A DNA stretch of 64,000 nt from Candidatus Aminicenantales bacterium. GTDB taxonomy: Bacteria; Acidobacteriota; Aminicenantia; Aminicenantales; Saccharicenantaceae. Location of the stretch: NCBI GenBank assembly GCA_049512315.1, contig JBEKXF010000030.1, positions 1 through 64,000 on the forward strand. Reading direction: 5' to 3'. A program made the position numbers and the translations under genes. Of this stretch, positions 47,045 through 59,012 are shown piece by piece; the stretch's first letter is position 1, and each line of letters opens with the position of its first letter. The notes under the pieces were generated by a model that was not told the DNA's origin, did not search any database, and worked only from the letters and a program-made list of their open reading frames with translations.

Positions 47045-47416
47045 ATGCCACAAGAGAAAAAAAAGTCCTTCACGAAGCGGAGCCTTCCCCCGGAAGTCAA
47101 GCTGGCCGTCCAGGTTTGCCTGGCGAAGAAGGCCGAGGACCTCTGCGTCCTCGACCTTTCCGGCCTCTCCTCCTTCACCGATTACTTCCTGGTCATGCAC
47201 GGGAATTCATCGCGCCAGAACGCGGCTGTCGCCGAAGGGCTCGAAAGCGAGCTGAAAAAGGCGGGGACGCGACCATTGAGCGTCGAAGGCCGCGAGACGG
47301 AGGATTGGATCCTCCTCGACTACGGCTTCTTCGTCGCCCACGTCTTCTCCCCGAAGGCGCGCGAGCACTACTCGCTCGAGAAGCTGTGGGGCGACGCCCC
47401 GCGGCTCGATTACTGA
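47045..47416 (+). CDS. rsfS: Ribosome silencing factor
   Basis: KKAED, DYFLV, WILLDYG, YSLEKLW. Confidence 0.93.
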   Translation: MPQEKKKSFTKRSLPPEVKLAVQVCLAKKAEDLCVLDLSGLSSFTDYFLVMHGNSSRQNAAVAEGLESELKKAGTRPLSVEGRETEDWILLDYGFFVAHVFSPKAREHYSLEKLWGDAPRLDY

Positions 47417-47562
47417 TCTCAAGTTCTAACGGACATCCCCCTGCGTCCGTTTTCCCTAGGGATTTATAATCTGATCATCTCCATCGGCCGCAGGCGTCGC
47501 AGGGAGGGAAAGGGGTTGACAAATCGGGGTCGGGTCATTATTGTGTGAGGGCGTTTCCGGCG

Positions 47563-48030
47563 ATGCGCCTGAAAATCCTCTGGCCCGGCAAGACGAAAAG
47601 CCCCGAACTCAGGGCGCTCCAGGATTTTTACGCGGCCCGGATCGGGGCGCTCGCGACCCTGGAGATCGTGGAGACCCGGGAGGCCCGGGGGGTCGACGAA
47701 AAGTTCCCGGAAAAGATCAAGGACCTGGAGGCGCGGGGACTTGAAAAACACCTCGAAGGCGTCTATAGTATCTGCCTTCTTGACCGGGGCAAGGAAATGA
47801 CGTCTCCGGAATTCGCGCGTTTCCTTCGCCTTCGGGCCGAGGACGCGGGAAGGCCGCCGGCCTTCGTGGTCGGCGGGTTTCTCGGCCTTGCGGACAGGAT
47901 CACGGAAGGGGCCGACCTGCGGCTGTCACTGTCGCGGCTGACCTTTTCCCACGAGCTGAGCCGGGTCATCCTGCTCGAGCAGGTTTACAGGGCCCTGACC
48001 ATTATCGGGGGCCGACATTACGCCAAGTAA
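47563..48030 (+). CDS. rlmH: 23S rRNA pseudouridine-1915 methyltransferase
   Basis: LDRGKEMTS, VGGFLG, LSRLTFSHEL, EQVYRA, YAK. Confidence 0.9.
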   Translation: MRLKILWPGKTKSPELRALQDFYAARIGALATLEIVETREARGVDEKFPEKIKDLEARGLEKHLEGVYSICLLDRGKEMTSPEFARFLRLRAEDAGRPPAFVVGGFLGLADRITEGADLRLSLSRLTFSHELSRVILLEQVYRALTIIGGRHYAK

Positions 48031-48042
48031 GGGAGTGACAGA

Positions 48043-48414
48043 GTGGCCAAGAAAATGGGCAAGAAGGAACGGGACGATTTCCGGAAGATGCTCCTCGCGA
48101 AGAAGGAGACGATCGTCCGGAAGCTCAGCGAGCTGACCAACGAGAGCAAGGAGATGGAAACCAACGTCGCCCAGGATGTCGTGGACAAGGCGGAGACGTC
48201 ATATACGAAGGAATTCCTTCTGAGCCTTTCGGACGCGGACCGGGAGCAGCTGCTCCTCATCGACGAAGCGCTCAAGAGGCTCAGGCGCGAGGAATTCGGT
48301 GTCTGCCAGCTCTGCCAGCAGGAGATCGGCCGGAAGAGGCTCGAGGCCGTTCCCTGGACTCGGTACTGCATCGACTGCCAGGAGAAGGCCGAGGAAGAGT
48401 GCAAGTCCCAGTGA
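48043..48414 (+). CDS. DksA/TraR C4 zinc-finger protein
   Basis: Coiled coil with DVVDKA; CQLC...RLEAVPW...CIDC. Confidence 0.9.
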   Translation: MAKKMGKKERDDFRKMLLAKKETIVRKLSELTNESKEMETNVAQDVVDKAETSYTKEFLLSLSDADREQLLLIDEALKRLRREEFGVCQLCQQEIGRKRLEAVPWTRYCIDCQEKAEEECKSQ

Positions 48415-49154
48415 CCATGTCCTTGCGGGCCCGGGCTGCCGCCGCGGCCCGGCACGTCGAGCTCCTGTTTTTTCCCTCGTTCTGCCGGTTGTGTTCCCGT
48501 CCGCTCGGGCGGCCCGGCGAGAGGATCGTCTGCCGGGATTGCCTGGGCCGGCTGGCCCCGCGGCGCGGACCGGTCTGCCTGTGCTGCGGCCGGTTCTTCG
48601 AGGGTGCCGGCGAAGATCACCTTTGCGCGCGGTGCCTGGAGCGTCCCCCTGACTTTTCCGTCCACCGGTCGTGCGGCCGCTATGACGGGGTCCTCAAGGA
48701 CCTCATCCTGCTTTTCAAGTACCGCAAATACTCCGTTCTGGGCCGGGCCCTGGCCGCTTATGCCGGGGAATCCCTGGGAGCCGACGATGTGCTCTGGCAG
48801 GGCGCGGATTTCCTTGTCCCCGTCCCCCTGCATGGGAAGAGGAAAAGGGAGCGCGGCTTCAATCAGTCCGAGGTCCTGACCCGCGAGCTGGCCAGGATCA
48901 AGGGGATGAACGTCCTTAAGGGGGGCCTGGTGAAGACGGCGAACGTCCCGCCGCAGACGACGCTTGAAAGCGCGGGCCGTGAAAAAAACGTCCGGGGCGC
49001 CTATGCCGTGAGGGGGAGCTCGAAGATCGAGGGGAAAACTCTGGTCCTCGTGGACGACGTCTTCACGACGGGCTCGACGCTCCGGGAGTGCAGCCGGGTC
49101 CTGCGGCAGGCCGGCGCCGCCGAGGTCCGGGCCCTGACCCTGGCCCAGGCATAA
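48411..49154 (+). CDS. comF: ComF family protein (Zn ribbon + PRTase)
   Basis: Four CxxC motifs; PVPLH, RGFNQS, VDDVFTTGST. Confidence 0.92.
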   Translation: MTMSLRARAAAAARHVELLFFPSFCRLCSRPLGRPGERIVCRDCLGRLAPRRGPVCLCCGRFFEGAGEDHLCARCLERPPDFSVHRSCGRYDGVLKDLILLFKYRKYSVLGRALAAYAGESLGADDVLWQGADFLVPVPLHGKRKRERGFNQSEVLTRELARIKGMNVLKGGLVKTANVPPQTTLESAGREKNVRGAYAVRGSSKIEGKTLVLVDDVFTTGSTLRECSRVLRQAGAAEVRALTLAQA

Positions 49155-49186
49155 AAAAAGGGCGGCCTCCTTTGCGGAGACCGCCC
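49153..49186 (-). terminator. Rho-independent terminator of hsp20
   Basis: GGGCGGTCTCC-loop-GGAGGCCGCCC followed by T7 on the minus strand. Confidence 0.85.
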
Positions 49187-49202
49187 CGGTCGCGGCGAAG
49201 CG

Positions 49203-49673
49203 TTATTTCTTGGCTTTTTCGGCGGCGAGCGACTTCAGGATCTTGACTTTCTTCGGCTTGAGCTCGGCCCTCTTGGGCATGTGGATCTTCAGGACGCCGT
49301 TCTCGTGCTCGGCTTCGACCTTGTCCTGATCCACGTAACTCGGCAGGGTGAAGGACCGGAAGAACGACCCGTAGGCCCGCTCGATCCGGTGGTAATTTTC
49401 CTCTTTGGTCTCCTTCTCGAATTTCCGTTCCCCTCTGAGAGTCAGCGTGTTGTCCTCGACCTTGATCTCGATGTCTTTCTCCTCGATTCCCGGAATTTCG
49501 GCCGTCAGGACGACCTCATTTTCCGTCTCGTAGATGTCCACGGCCGGCGCCCAGGAACTCGTCGCAAGGTCCCTTTCCTCTCCGCGGGAAGCGGCCATGT
49601 CCTCAAAGAGCTTGTTCATTCTCTCCCTGAGAGTCACCATGTCCCTGAAAGGATCCCATCTAATAATGGCCAT
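49203..49673 (-). CDS. Small heat-shock protein Hsp20
   Basis: WDPFR, PAVDIYE, ERAYGSFFRSF, NGVLKI. Confidence 0.95.
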   Translation of the reverse strand: MAIIRWDPFRDMVTLRERMNKLFEDMAASRGEERDLATSSWAPAVDIYETENEVVLTAEIPGIEEKDIEIKVEDNTLTLRGERKFEKETKEENYHRIERAYGSFFRSFTLPSYVDQDKVEAEHENGVLKIHMPKRAELKPKKVKILKSLAAEKAKK

Positions 49674-49689
49674 CTTAACCTCCGTTTAA

Positions 49690-49737
49690 AATATCTTAGT
49701 CAGACATTAATATAATATCTTAGTGACTAGATGTCAA
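49690..49737 (-). promoter_or_regulatory. hsp20 promoter overlapped by a repeated operator-like motif
   Basis: TTGACA-17-TATATT; AATATCTTAGT at 49690-49700 and 49714-49724. Confidence 0.7.
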
Positions 49738-49788
49738 GTATTAAGCAAGACTTTTTCAGTTTTTTTCAACCAAAAAATTCCGGGGAGT

Positions 49789-50490
49789 TTATCTATAGCC
49801 CTCAATGAGGACCGTCGCTTCTCCCTTGAGGGGTCTTTTTTCCAGTTCTTGGAGGAGATCGACGGCCGTCCCCCTGATGAACTCCTCATGGATCTTCGTC
49901 AGCTCCCGGGCGATGACAACCCGTCTCGCCCCCAGGCCGGCCAGGACCGCTTCCAGGAACTCGAGGATCCTCCTGGTCGGAAGGTAAAAGACCAGCGTGG
50001 CTTTTTCTTCTTTGAGGGACAGGAGGAATTTTCGAAGCCCTTCTTTTTTTGGGGGAGGAAATCCGGCGAACAGGAACCGGTGGGTCGGAAGACCCGCCGC
50101 GGAGAGGGCCGCCGCGACCGCCGACGGGCCCGGGACCGGGATCACGGAGACACCCTCCTTCAGGGCCTCCCGGATGAGAGGGAATCCCGGGTCAGAAATG
50201 CCGGGGGTTCCGGCGTCCGAGACTAGGGCGACGTCCTTCCCGGACCTAAGGATGCCGATGATCTCCGGGACCTTCCGGCCTTCACGCGGGTGAAAATAGC
50301 TGATGAGCCGTTTCCTCAGGCCGTACTTGTTCAGGAGCTTGAGGGTCTGGCGGGTGTCCTCGCAGGCGACGGCTTCCACTTCCCCGAGGATCCGGACGGC
50401 CCTGAAGGTGATGTCCTCGAGGTTCCCGATCGGCGTCGCGACGACGAAGAGGCGGCCTTTCGGGCCGGCCCCCGTGGCATCTCCACACAC
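49789..50490 (-). CDS. rsmI: 16S rRNA (cytidine-1402-2'-O)-methyltransferase
   Basis: VATPIGNLEDIT, CEDTR, SDAGTPGISDPG, RELTKIHEE. Confidence 0.95.
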   Translation of the reverse strand: MCGDATGAGPKGRLFVVATPIGNLEDITFRAVRILGEVEAVACEDTRQTLKLLNKYGLRKRLISYFHPREGRKVPEIIGILRSGKDVALVSDAGTPGISDPGFPLIREALKEGVSVIPVPGPSAVAAALSAAGLPTHRFLFAGFPPPKKEGLRKFLLSLKEEKATLVFYLPTRRILEFLEAVLAGLGARRVVIARELTKIHEEFIRGTAVDLLQELEKRPLKGEATVLIEGYR

Positions 50491-50493
50491 GGA

Positions 50494-51312
50494 TTATCTT
50501 CCCCAGTCGTAGGGATAGAGAAAATCGTGGCCAACGGAGCGGGGGGAGAGCTTGGCGATCGGCGGGAGCTTCCTCTTGAACTCCGAATTCCTGATCATCT
50601 CCGCCACCCTCCGGACCACCGCGGGCTTGAACCCGGCTTTTACCAGCTCCGGCCCGGACTTTCTTTTCTCGACGAGATTCTCGAGGATCTCGTCAAGCTC
50701 GGCGTAGGTCAGCCCGATCTCCTGCTCGTCGGTCTGGCCCGACCACAGGCCCGCCGTGGGCGCCTTCCTGATGATGGAGGCCGGGACGCGCAGGTGCCTC
50801 GCGAGCTCACGGACCTGGGTCTTGTAAAGGTCGCCCATGGGGCTGATGCCGCAGGCCATATCGCCGTGGATCGTCCCGTAGCCGATGAGGAGCTCGGTCT
50901 TGTTGCTCGTCCCGAGGATGAGTGCCTTCTCTCGGGCCGAATAGTCGTAGAGGATGGACATCCTTTCCCTGGCCATCTTGTTGCCGCGGAGAATACGGCT
51001 TCGCGTCGGGTGGGCGGCGAAATAGGCGTCCACCTGGGGGGCGATATCGATCGTCCGGGTCCGGATGCCGAGGACGCGGCCGACCTTTTCGGCGTCACGG
51101 ACTTCGGCCGGGAACGAATCTCCGTACGGCATGATCAGGCCCAGGACGTTCCGGGGCCCCAGGGCCCGGGCCGCCAGGGCGGCGCAGACCGTTGAATCCA
51201 ATCCGCCGGAGAGGCCCAGGATCCCCTTCCTGAAGCCGAACTTGGCCAGCTCTCCGCGGATGAACCCCGTCAGGACCTTCTCCACGAATATGGGATTAAT
51301 CTTCAGGGACAC
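50494..51312 (-). CDS. nadE: NAD+ synthetase (synthetase subunit)
   Basis: LSGGLDS, GNKMARERM, GTSNKTE, KAPTAGLW. Confidence 0.95.
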   Translation of the reverse strand: MSLKINPIFVEKVLTGFIRGELAKFGFRKGILGLSGGLDSTVCAALAARALGPRNVLGLIMPYGDSFPAEVRDAEKVGRVLGIRTRTIDIAPQVDAYFAAHPTRSRILRGNKMARERMSILYDYSAREKALILGTSNKTELLIGYGTIHGDMACGISPMGDLYKTQVRELARHLRVPASIIRKAPTAGLWSGQTDEQEIGLTYAELDEILENLVEKRKSGPELVKAGFKPAVVRRVAEMIRNSEFKRKLPPIAKLSPRSVGHDFLYPYDWGR

Positions 51313-52150
51313 GGACGACCCTCTCGAGTGACCGTAGGATGACGTCGGGCTTTTCGTCCCGCTTGAAGAGCCACTTCGTCCGGGCCTCGCGGACGGCGGT
51401 CAGGTCGAGGCGGCGGACCAGAAGCTCGGGGTCCAGATAGGCCGCCCGGGCCAGGAGACGGCCGCCGGGCCCGTAGATGAACGAGCCGCCGGCGAAAGAG
51501 ACCCCATCCTCGATCCCCACCCGGTTTGCGTAGGCGACGAAGGCGGTCGAAAAATAGGATACGGCCTCTCCCATGAGCTCCCACATCCGGCTGGTCTCGA
51601 AAGCCTCTCCCTCCGAAACCCCCCGGCCGGGTGCCGCGGAGATGACGATGATCACGTCGGCCCCGCCGGCATAAAGGACGTAGCTCGCGCCGTAGTGGAG
51701 GAAGTCGCGGCAGATCATCAGGCCCACTTTTCCGAAGGGCGTCGGGAACACCCGGAAATCGCGGCCTTGGGCGAAGAACTTGGCCTCCTCGAACATCCCG
51801 TTCGTCGGCAGGAAGACCTTGCGATGGACGTGGAGGAGCTTCCCGCCGGAGATGAACGCGGCCGAGTTGTAAAAGAGGCCCTTCTCCCCGGCCCTCTCCT
51901 CCATGAACCCCAGGACGACCGAGAGCCCCCGGCTCCGGGCCAGGATCTTCTTGAACCGGGGGTCCGTGGCCGGGTCGAGGGCCACGTCGCCGGCCAGATC
52001 CTTGAGGGTGTAGCCGGTCAGGCTGAGCTCCGGAAAGACGATGAGGTCCGCTTTCACACGGCAGGCCTTGTCCATGAACTCCAGGTGGAGCTCCAGATTC
52101 CGCCCGACATCCCCGAGGCGGGGGGCGATCTGAGCCAGGGCGATCTTCAT
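51296..52150 (-). CDS. Nitrilase-family amidase, probable glutaminase partner of NadE
   Basis: E-K-C triad in FPELSLTGY, HRKVFLP, MICRD; overlaps nadE. Confidence 0.88.
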   Translation of the reverse strand: MKIALAQIAPRLGDVGRNLELHLEFMDKACRVKADLIVFPELSLTGYTLKDLAGDVALDPATDPRFKKILARSRGLSVVLGFMEERAGEKGLFYNSAAFISGGKLLHVHRKVFLPTNGMFEEAKFFAQGRDFRVFPTPFGKVGLMICRDFLHYGASYVLYAGGADVIIVISAAPGRGVSEGEAFETSRMWELMGEAVSYFSTAFVAYANRVGIEDGVSFAGGSFIYGPGGRLLARAAYLDPELLVRRLDLTAVREARTKWLFKRDEKPDVILRSLERVVRVPED

Positions 52151-52278
52151 GCCCCAAAAACTACCATAAACCCGGCCCCTTTTCAATCGCGCCCCCTCGC
52201 GAGACGAGGGTTGAAATATTCCCGGGTTTTCATTATAGTCTTGATGTTCCCTCTTTGGACAAGGGATCGATCGCCAAG

Positions 52279-53739
52279 ATGAATCATATCGCGCTCAGCC
52301 TCCGGGACATCTATTTCAACAAGAGAACGGGCCGCCTGGTCTACAAGCGGGGAGACGTCCAGAAATATTTCTTCTTCCAAAAAGGGACGCTCATCCAGGT
52401 CAAGACCACCGTGCCCGAAGAGCGGCTGGGCGAGGTCCTCTACAAGCTCGAGCGCATCTCCAAGGACGCCCACGCCGCCATGGACCAGTACATCGAGCCC
52501 AACCAGAACATCGGCCAGGTCCTGCGAAGCCGCGGCGTCATCTCCGAGCAGGACCTGTCGGACGCCCTGACCTACCAGCTTAGGGAGACGACGCTCAACG
52601 TTTTCCCCTACTTTGATGCCGAGATCACTTTCCAGGAGCGGGACGATTTCACCTCTCAGACAGAGGAATCCAAGATCAGCATCCCCTTCATCATCGAATA
52701 TGGCATCCGCCGGATGCAGCCCAACCCCATCCTCAAGGCGTTCCTGGCCCGGCAGGTCCCGTTCCTGAAGCGGAAGTCCTTCGCCTACCTTCTGACCGTG
52801 GACGAAAAGGAGATCCTGGACAAGATCACGGGCGTCGACCCGGCCGAAGCCATCCTCCAGACCCTGACCTCGCCGCCGGATTTCTTCTGGAAGAGCCTCT
52901 ACCTGTTCTACTGCCTGGACCTCGTGGACGTGAAAAAGGAAGAAGGCGCGCAGGCCGCGGCGGCCGCCGGCGCGGCGGAAACGGCGTCCCGCGGGACCGG
53001 AATGACCCCGGAAATCTCTGAAGTCCTCGCCTTCCGCGAGGCCGTAGCCCAGAAGAATTTTTATCAGATCCTCGAGGTCGCCAAGACGGCCTCGGAGGAA
53101 GAGATCAAGAAGGCCTATTTCCAGATGGCCCGCCGCTTCCACCCCGACCGGTTCGAGCGGAAGGCGGCCGCGGAGTACAAAAACCAGATCGACGAAGTCT
53201 TCGACGCCATCACGAACGCCTACCGGCTCCTCAGCAACGAGGACAAGCGGAAGGACTATGACTCGGGCATCGCGACGGGCGTCCAAGAAGAGGCCCAGGA
53301 CTCCGTCAAGAAGGCCGAGATCAAGTTCCGGCAGGGAAAGACTTTGTTCGACATGGACCGGTTCGACGACGCCGTCTCCTATCTCGAGGAAGCGGTCCGC
53401 CTGAGACGGGACAAGGCCGATTATTACCTGCTCCTGGCCATGGCCGAATCCAAGATCCAGAGCTATCTCCGGAAAGCCGAATCGGATTTCCTCAAAGCGA
53501 TCAGCCTCGAGGCCTGGAACCCGGAAGGCTATGTCGGCCTCGGGGTCCTCTACAGGACCGAAGGGCTCCAGACCAAAGCCATCCGGCAGTTCAAGAAAGC
53601 CCTGGAGGCCGATCCCGAGCACGCCAAGGCCCGCCAGGAGCTTGCAGACATGGGCCTGGGGCCGAAAAAGAAGAAGGGGCTCGAAGGCCTCTTTTCCCTG
53701 GACTTTCTCGGGTCCAAGGGCAAGCAGAAAAAAAAGTAG
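52279..53739 (+). CDS. J-domain (HPD) + TPR protein with a DUF4388-like N-terminus
   Basis: NFYQILEV...IKKAY...RFHPDR; TPR helices; N-terminal TGRL...FFQKG...ERLGEVL. Confidence 0.85.
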   Translation: MNHIALSLRDIYFNKRTGRLVYKRGDVQKYFFFQKGTLIQVKTTVPEERLGEVLYKLERISKDAHAAMDQYIEPNQNIGQVLRSRGVISEQDLSDALTYQLRETTLNVFPYFDAEITFQERDDFTSQTEESKISIPFIIEYGIRRMQPNPILKAFLARQVPFLKRKSFAYLLTVDEKEILDKITGVDPAEAILQTLTSPPDFFWKSLYLFYCLDLVDVKKEEGAQAAAAAGAAETASRGTGMTPEISEVLAFREAVAQKNFYQILEVAKTASEEEIKKAYFQMARRFHPDRFERKAAAEYKNQIDEVFDAITNAYRLLSNEDKRKDYDSGIATGVQEEAQDSVKKAEIKFRQGKTLFDMDRFDDAVSYLEEAVRLRRDKADYYLLLAMAESKIQSYLRKAESDFLKAISLEAWNPEGYVGLGVLYRTEGLQTKAIRQFKKALEADPEHAKARQELADMGLGPKKKKGLEGLFSLDFLGSKGKQKKK

Positions 53740-55761
<2,022 letters not shown>

Positions 55762-55837
55762 CTATCAGAGAGTCCTCATCGCCGACCCTCGCGGGGCGGG
55801 GGGCGACGAGGTTCGAACGCGCCTCCGGCGGGCCCCT

Positions 55838-56989
55838 TTAGCGCCCGAGCTTCGCCCTGACCTGGGCGACGAGCTGGTTGAACTTGTCGATGACGCCCTT
55901 CTGCTGGGACTTGATCTGCTCGATGGCCTGTTTCTCGGACTCGATGGCGTTGTTCAGCTTCTTCATGGAGACCTTTTCGGGGCCCGTGAGGTCGTCGTCG
56001 CTTTTGCTCCCGTACTTGTCGTTGTAGGTCTTGGTCATCTCAGCGATGTTCTTGTTGTGCTCTTCGATCTGGGTGTTGATCGCGGCCAGGTCCGGGCTGT
56101 CGCTGATATAGAGGTTCAGGGCCGCTTGATGAAGGTTCTTCTGCTGGGCGGCGTTCAGGAGGCCGGCTTCGATGAGGGCGTTGATGGCTTCGGGCTTGAG
56201 GGAGGGCTTGGTCTTGGCCTCTTTGTTCAGGATGACCGCGATATTGAGGGCGAGGTTGGCGGTCTTCTTTTTGGCGTAGGCTTCCCTGTAGATCGCCAGG
56301 GCCTCGTCGACCTTGCCTTCCTTGTAGAGGGTCTGGGCCAGGAGGGAGGCACTTTCGGAACCTTGGTCGGCGGCATAGAACTCCCGGAAGACCTTTTCGG
56401 CTTCGACGTACTTCTGGCTCTTGTAGAGGGTCGAGGCGAGGTTGTTGAGCTGTTTCGTGATGCTCGGGTCCTTCAGGATGCCGTAGGCCGTGATATAGGA
56501 TGCGGCCGCGGCGCCGTAGTCGCCGGACTTCTCGGCGAACTGGCCGAGGAGAACGTGGCCGGAAGCCTGGAGTTGGGCCGCCGTCTTAGGGTCGGCGCTG
56601 GCCTTACCCTTGTCGATGATCCGTTGGACGGATGCTTTCGCCTTGTCCATTTGTCCCATTCCCGCGTAAAGGGAAGGGATGCTGAAAGTGATCTGGAGCT
56701 TGACGGTCTCGTCGATCCCGCTCATGGCCAGGGCCTTTTCGCCGCAGTCGATGGCCTTCTGGGCGTTCTTGGTCGCGCAGGGGGTCAGGCAGTAATAGGC
56801 GTAAGCGTAAGCGTCGTACTGGCCGCCTTTCCCCGCGTATTGAGTGATATAGGCATCGAGGGCCTGGATTTGCTGGCACTTGTCGGAGAGCTGCATGGCC
56901 TTGAGGTATTGCTCGTCGGCGCTCTGGGCGGCCAGAAGGCCCGTCAGCAGGAAAACCAAGGTCACGGTGGTCCAAAGTGTCTTTTTCAT
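55838..56989 (-). CDS. Secreted TPR-like alpha-helical protein
   Basis: Signal peptide; TPR-like helices; TTGACA-17-TATGAT promoter upstream. Confidence 0.75.
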   Translation of the reverse strand: MKKTLWTTVTLVFLLTGLLAAQSADEQYLKAMQLSDKCQQIQALDAYITQYAGKGGQYDAYAYAYYCLTPCATKNAQKAIDCGEKALAMSGIDETVKLQITFSIPSLYAGMGQMDKAKASVQRIIDKGKASADPKTAAQLQASGHVLLGQFAEKSGDYGAAAASYITAYGILKDPSITKQLNNLASTLYKSQKYVEAEKVFREFYAADQGSESASLLAQTLYKEGKVDEALAIYREAYAKKKTANLALNIAVILNKEAKTKPSLKPEAINALIEAGLLNAAQQKNLHQAALNLYISDSPDLAAINTQIEEHNKNIAEMTKTYNDKYGSKSDDDLTGPEKVSMKKLNNAIESEKQAIEQIKSQQKGVIDKFNQLVAQVRAKLGR

Positions 56990-57241
56990 TCGAAACCTCG
57001 CATCAAAATTTGTAGAATCATAGCCCGCATCCCGGCAATTGTCAATATGTTGCCGCACACCCATAAAATATAGCAATTCTCATGCCAATAATGAAAAACG
57101 GGGACATCGGCATGCCCTATCGAGCGTTTCCTCTGACGGGCGCCCTGATCCGGCACGCGGCGGCCGGGAGGACCGTCTCTCAAATTGGACACCCCCTCCT
57201 TTGTTTTACTTCACCGGCGGCAATGCAATATAATACCCGAG

Positions 57242-58180
57242 ATGAAAACAGCCCAGGACTTCGGAAGCGTTTTCCTTGAAGCGACAGGCCTGCCGCTCCG
57301 GGAAAAGGTCGGGCTCGACCCGTTCTCAAGCTTCAAGATCGGCGGCCCGGCCGACCTTTTTTTCGAGGCCCAGACGGAGGATGACCTCAAGCAGGCCGTG
57401 GCGGTCGCCGCCCGTGAGAGATTTCCTTTCTACGTCATCGGGGGGGGCACCAACATCCTTTTCGACGACGAGGGGTACCATGGCCTGATCATCCGGAACA
57501 GGGCGGGAGGCCTGGCCGATTGCGAAGGCTTGGTGACCGTCGCTTCGGGGACCGGCCTGTCGTCCCTGCTCCAATACAGCTTGACCAGGGGGCTCGTCGG
57601 CCTGGAATTCACGGCCGGGATCCCGGGCACGGTGGGCGGCGCGCTCGCCGGTAACGCCGGGGCCTTCGGCCGGAGCATCGGGGATCTCCTCGAGGAGGCC
57701 GTTCTCGTCGACCCGGCCGGCGGAGAGCGGAGGCTCGCCCGGCAGGATCTCGGCTTCGGCTACAGGACGTCCTCCCTCCAGAAAAGCCATGCCGTCGTCC
57801 TCCGGGCCGTCATCGAGGCCGCGCCAGGCGACCGCAAAATCTCGGAAGCCAGGATCAAGGATTACCTGGAGAAGAGGCGGACGAAACATCCCCCCTGGGG
57901 GACCGCCTGCGCCGGGAGCTACTTCAAGAACCCGTGTTCGCCGGCGGGGGAGAAGGTCGCGGCCGGACGGCTCCTTGAGCAGGCCGGCGCGAAGGGCCTG
58001 GCGGTCGGCGGCGCGGCCGTTTATGAAGGGCACTGCAATTTCATCGTGAACACGGGGAGCGCCCGGGCCAGGGACGTCCTTCAGCTGGCGGAGGAGATGA
58101 AGAAGCGCGTCTTCGGGATGTCCGGCATCCGACTGGAGGAGGAAGTCATTCACGTTCCAGCAACCGCTTCAATGCTCTGA
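57242..58180 (+). CDS. murB: UDP-N-acetylmuramate dehydrogenase
   Basis: FKIGGPA, GGGTNI, GIPGTVGGA..GNAGA, AGSYFKNP, HCNFIVN. Confidence 0.95.
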   Translation: MKTAQDFGSVFLEATGLPLREKVGLDPFSSFKIGGPADLFFEAQTEDDLKQAVAVAARERFPFYVIGGGTNILFDDEGYHGLIIRNRAGGLADCEGLVTVASGTGLSSLLQYSLTRGLVGLEFTAGIPGTVGGALAGNAGAFGRSIGDLLEEAVLVDPAGGERRLARQDLGFGYRTSSLQKSHAVVLRAVIEAAPGDRKISEARIKDYLEKRRTKHPPWGTACAGSYFKNPCSPAGEKVAAGRLLEQAGAKGLAVGGAAVYEGHCNFIVNTGSARARDVLQLAEEMKKRVFGMSGIRLEEEVIHVPATASML

Positions 58181-59012
58181 CCTTCCGGTTCGGCAGGGAT
58201 CGACCCGCGATCAGTCCCAAGGCCTGTTTTCCCAAGGTCTTATATGTCTTTTCCTCGCGAGGGCGGCTCTTCAGGGCCTCGAGATGTCTGCGGACGGTCT
58301 CGACATCCCCCCGGGCGACCGGGCCCGTGAACGCTTTTTCCCAGCCAAATTTTTTTACGTTCTGTAAAGTTCCTTGGACGAGAGGCAGCAGGACGGCGAT
58401 GGCCGTTTTTTGGCGGACTCCCGCCTCGCGGAGAAGTGCTGCGGCGGACGCCTCGAGCGAAACCAGCCCGTTCGAGGCCAGGCTGCAGGCGGCATGGTAG
58501 AGAGGCTTATCATTTTCCCGCAGGACCAGCGCCCGCCCGCCGAGCGTCCTGACCACGTCCCGCCCGGCCCTGACCGCGTCCGCGTCCCCCTCTAGCCCCC
58601 AGAAGATCCCGCGGAAGAAACGGACGGACGCGCCCTTTTCAGGGAAGGACTGGACGGGATGCATGGACGCCGCCCGGGCGCCCTTTTTCCGGAGGGGGTT
58701 GAGGACAGCCGCGGGATGAAGCCCGCTCGTGTGAAAGACGAAGCGGCCGGCCCAGCTCGACCCCGGCCGGGCCAGCTTTTTCGCTACGACCTTTAGCGTA
58801 TCGTCCGGGACGCAGATGAACACGACTCGGGCCCCGCGCGCCGCCTTCCCGATGTCCGACGTCGCCGTCCCCCGGCCGATGATTTTCCGGGCCTCCCGGG
58901 CTGCGGCCGGGTCCCGGTCGGCGATGACTTTGAGATCCCAGCCTTTTTTCGTCAGGGCGGCGCCGAGCGACGTGCCGAGCCGTCCCGCACCGACGATGGA
59001 GAATGTCGTCAT
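58146..59012 (-). CDS. Rossmann-like/DUF2520 oxidoreductase
   Basis: IVGAGRLG, VPDD, HTSG, HPVQSF, YHAAC, TGPVARGD. Confidence 0.85.
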   Translation of the reverse strand: MTTFSIVGAGRLGTSLGAALTKKGWDLKVIADRDPAAAREARKIIGRGTATSDIGKAARGARVVFICVPDDTLKVVAKKLARPGSSWAGRFVFHTSGLHPAAVLNPLRKKGARAASMHPVQSFPEKGASVRFFRGIFWGLEGDADAVRAGRDVVRTLGGRALVLRENDKPLYHAACSLASNGLVSLEASAAALLREAGVRQKTAIAVLLPLVQGTLQNVKKFGWEKAFTGPVARGDVETVRRHLEALKSRPREEKTYKTLGKQALGLIAGRSLPNRKVRALKRLLERE

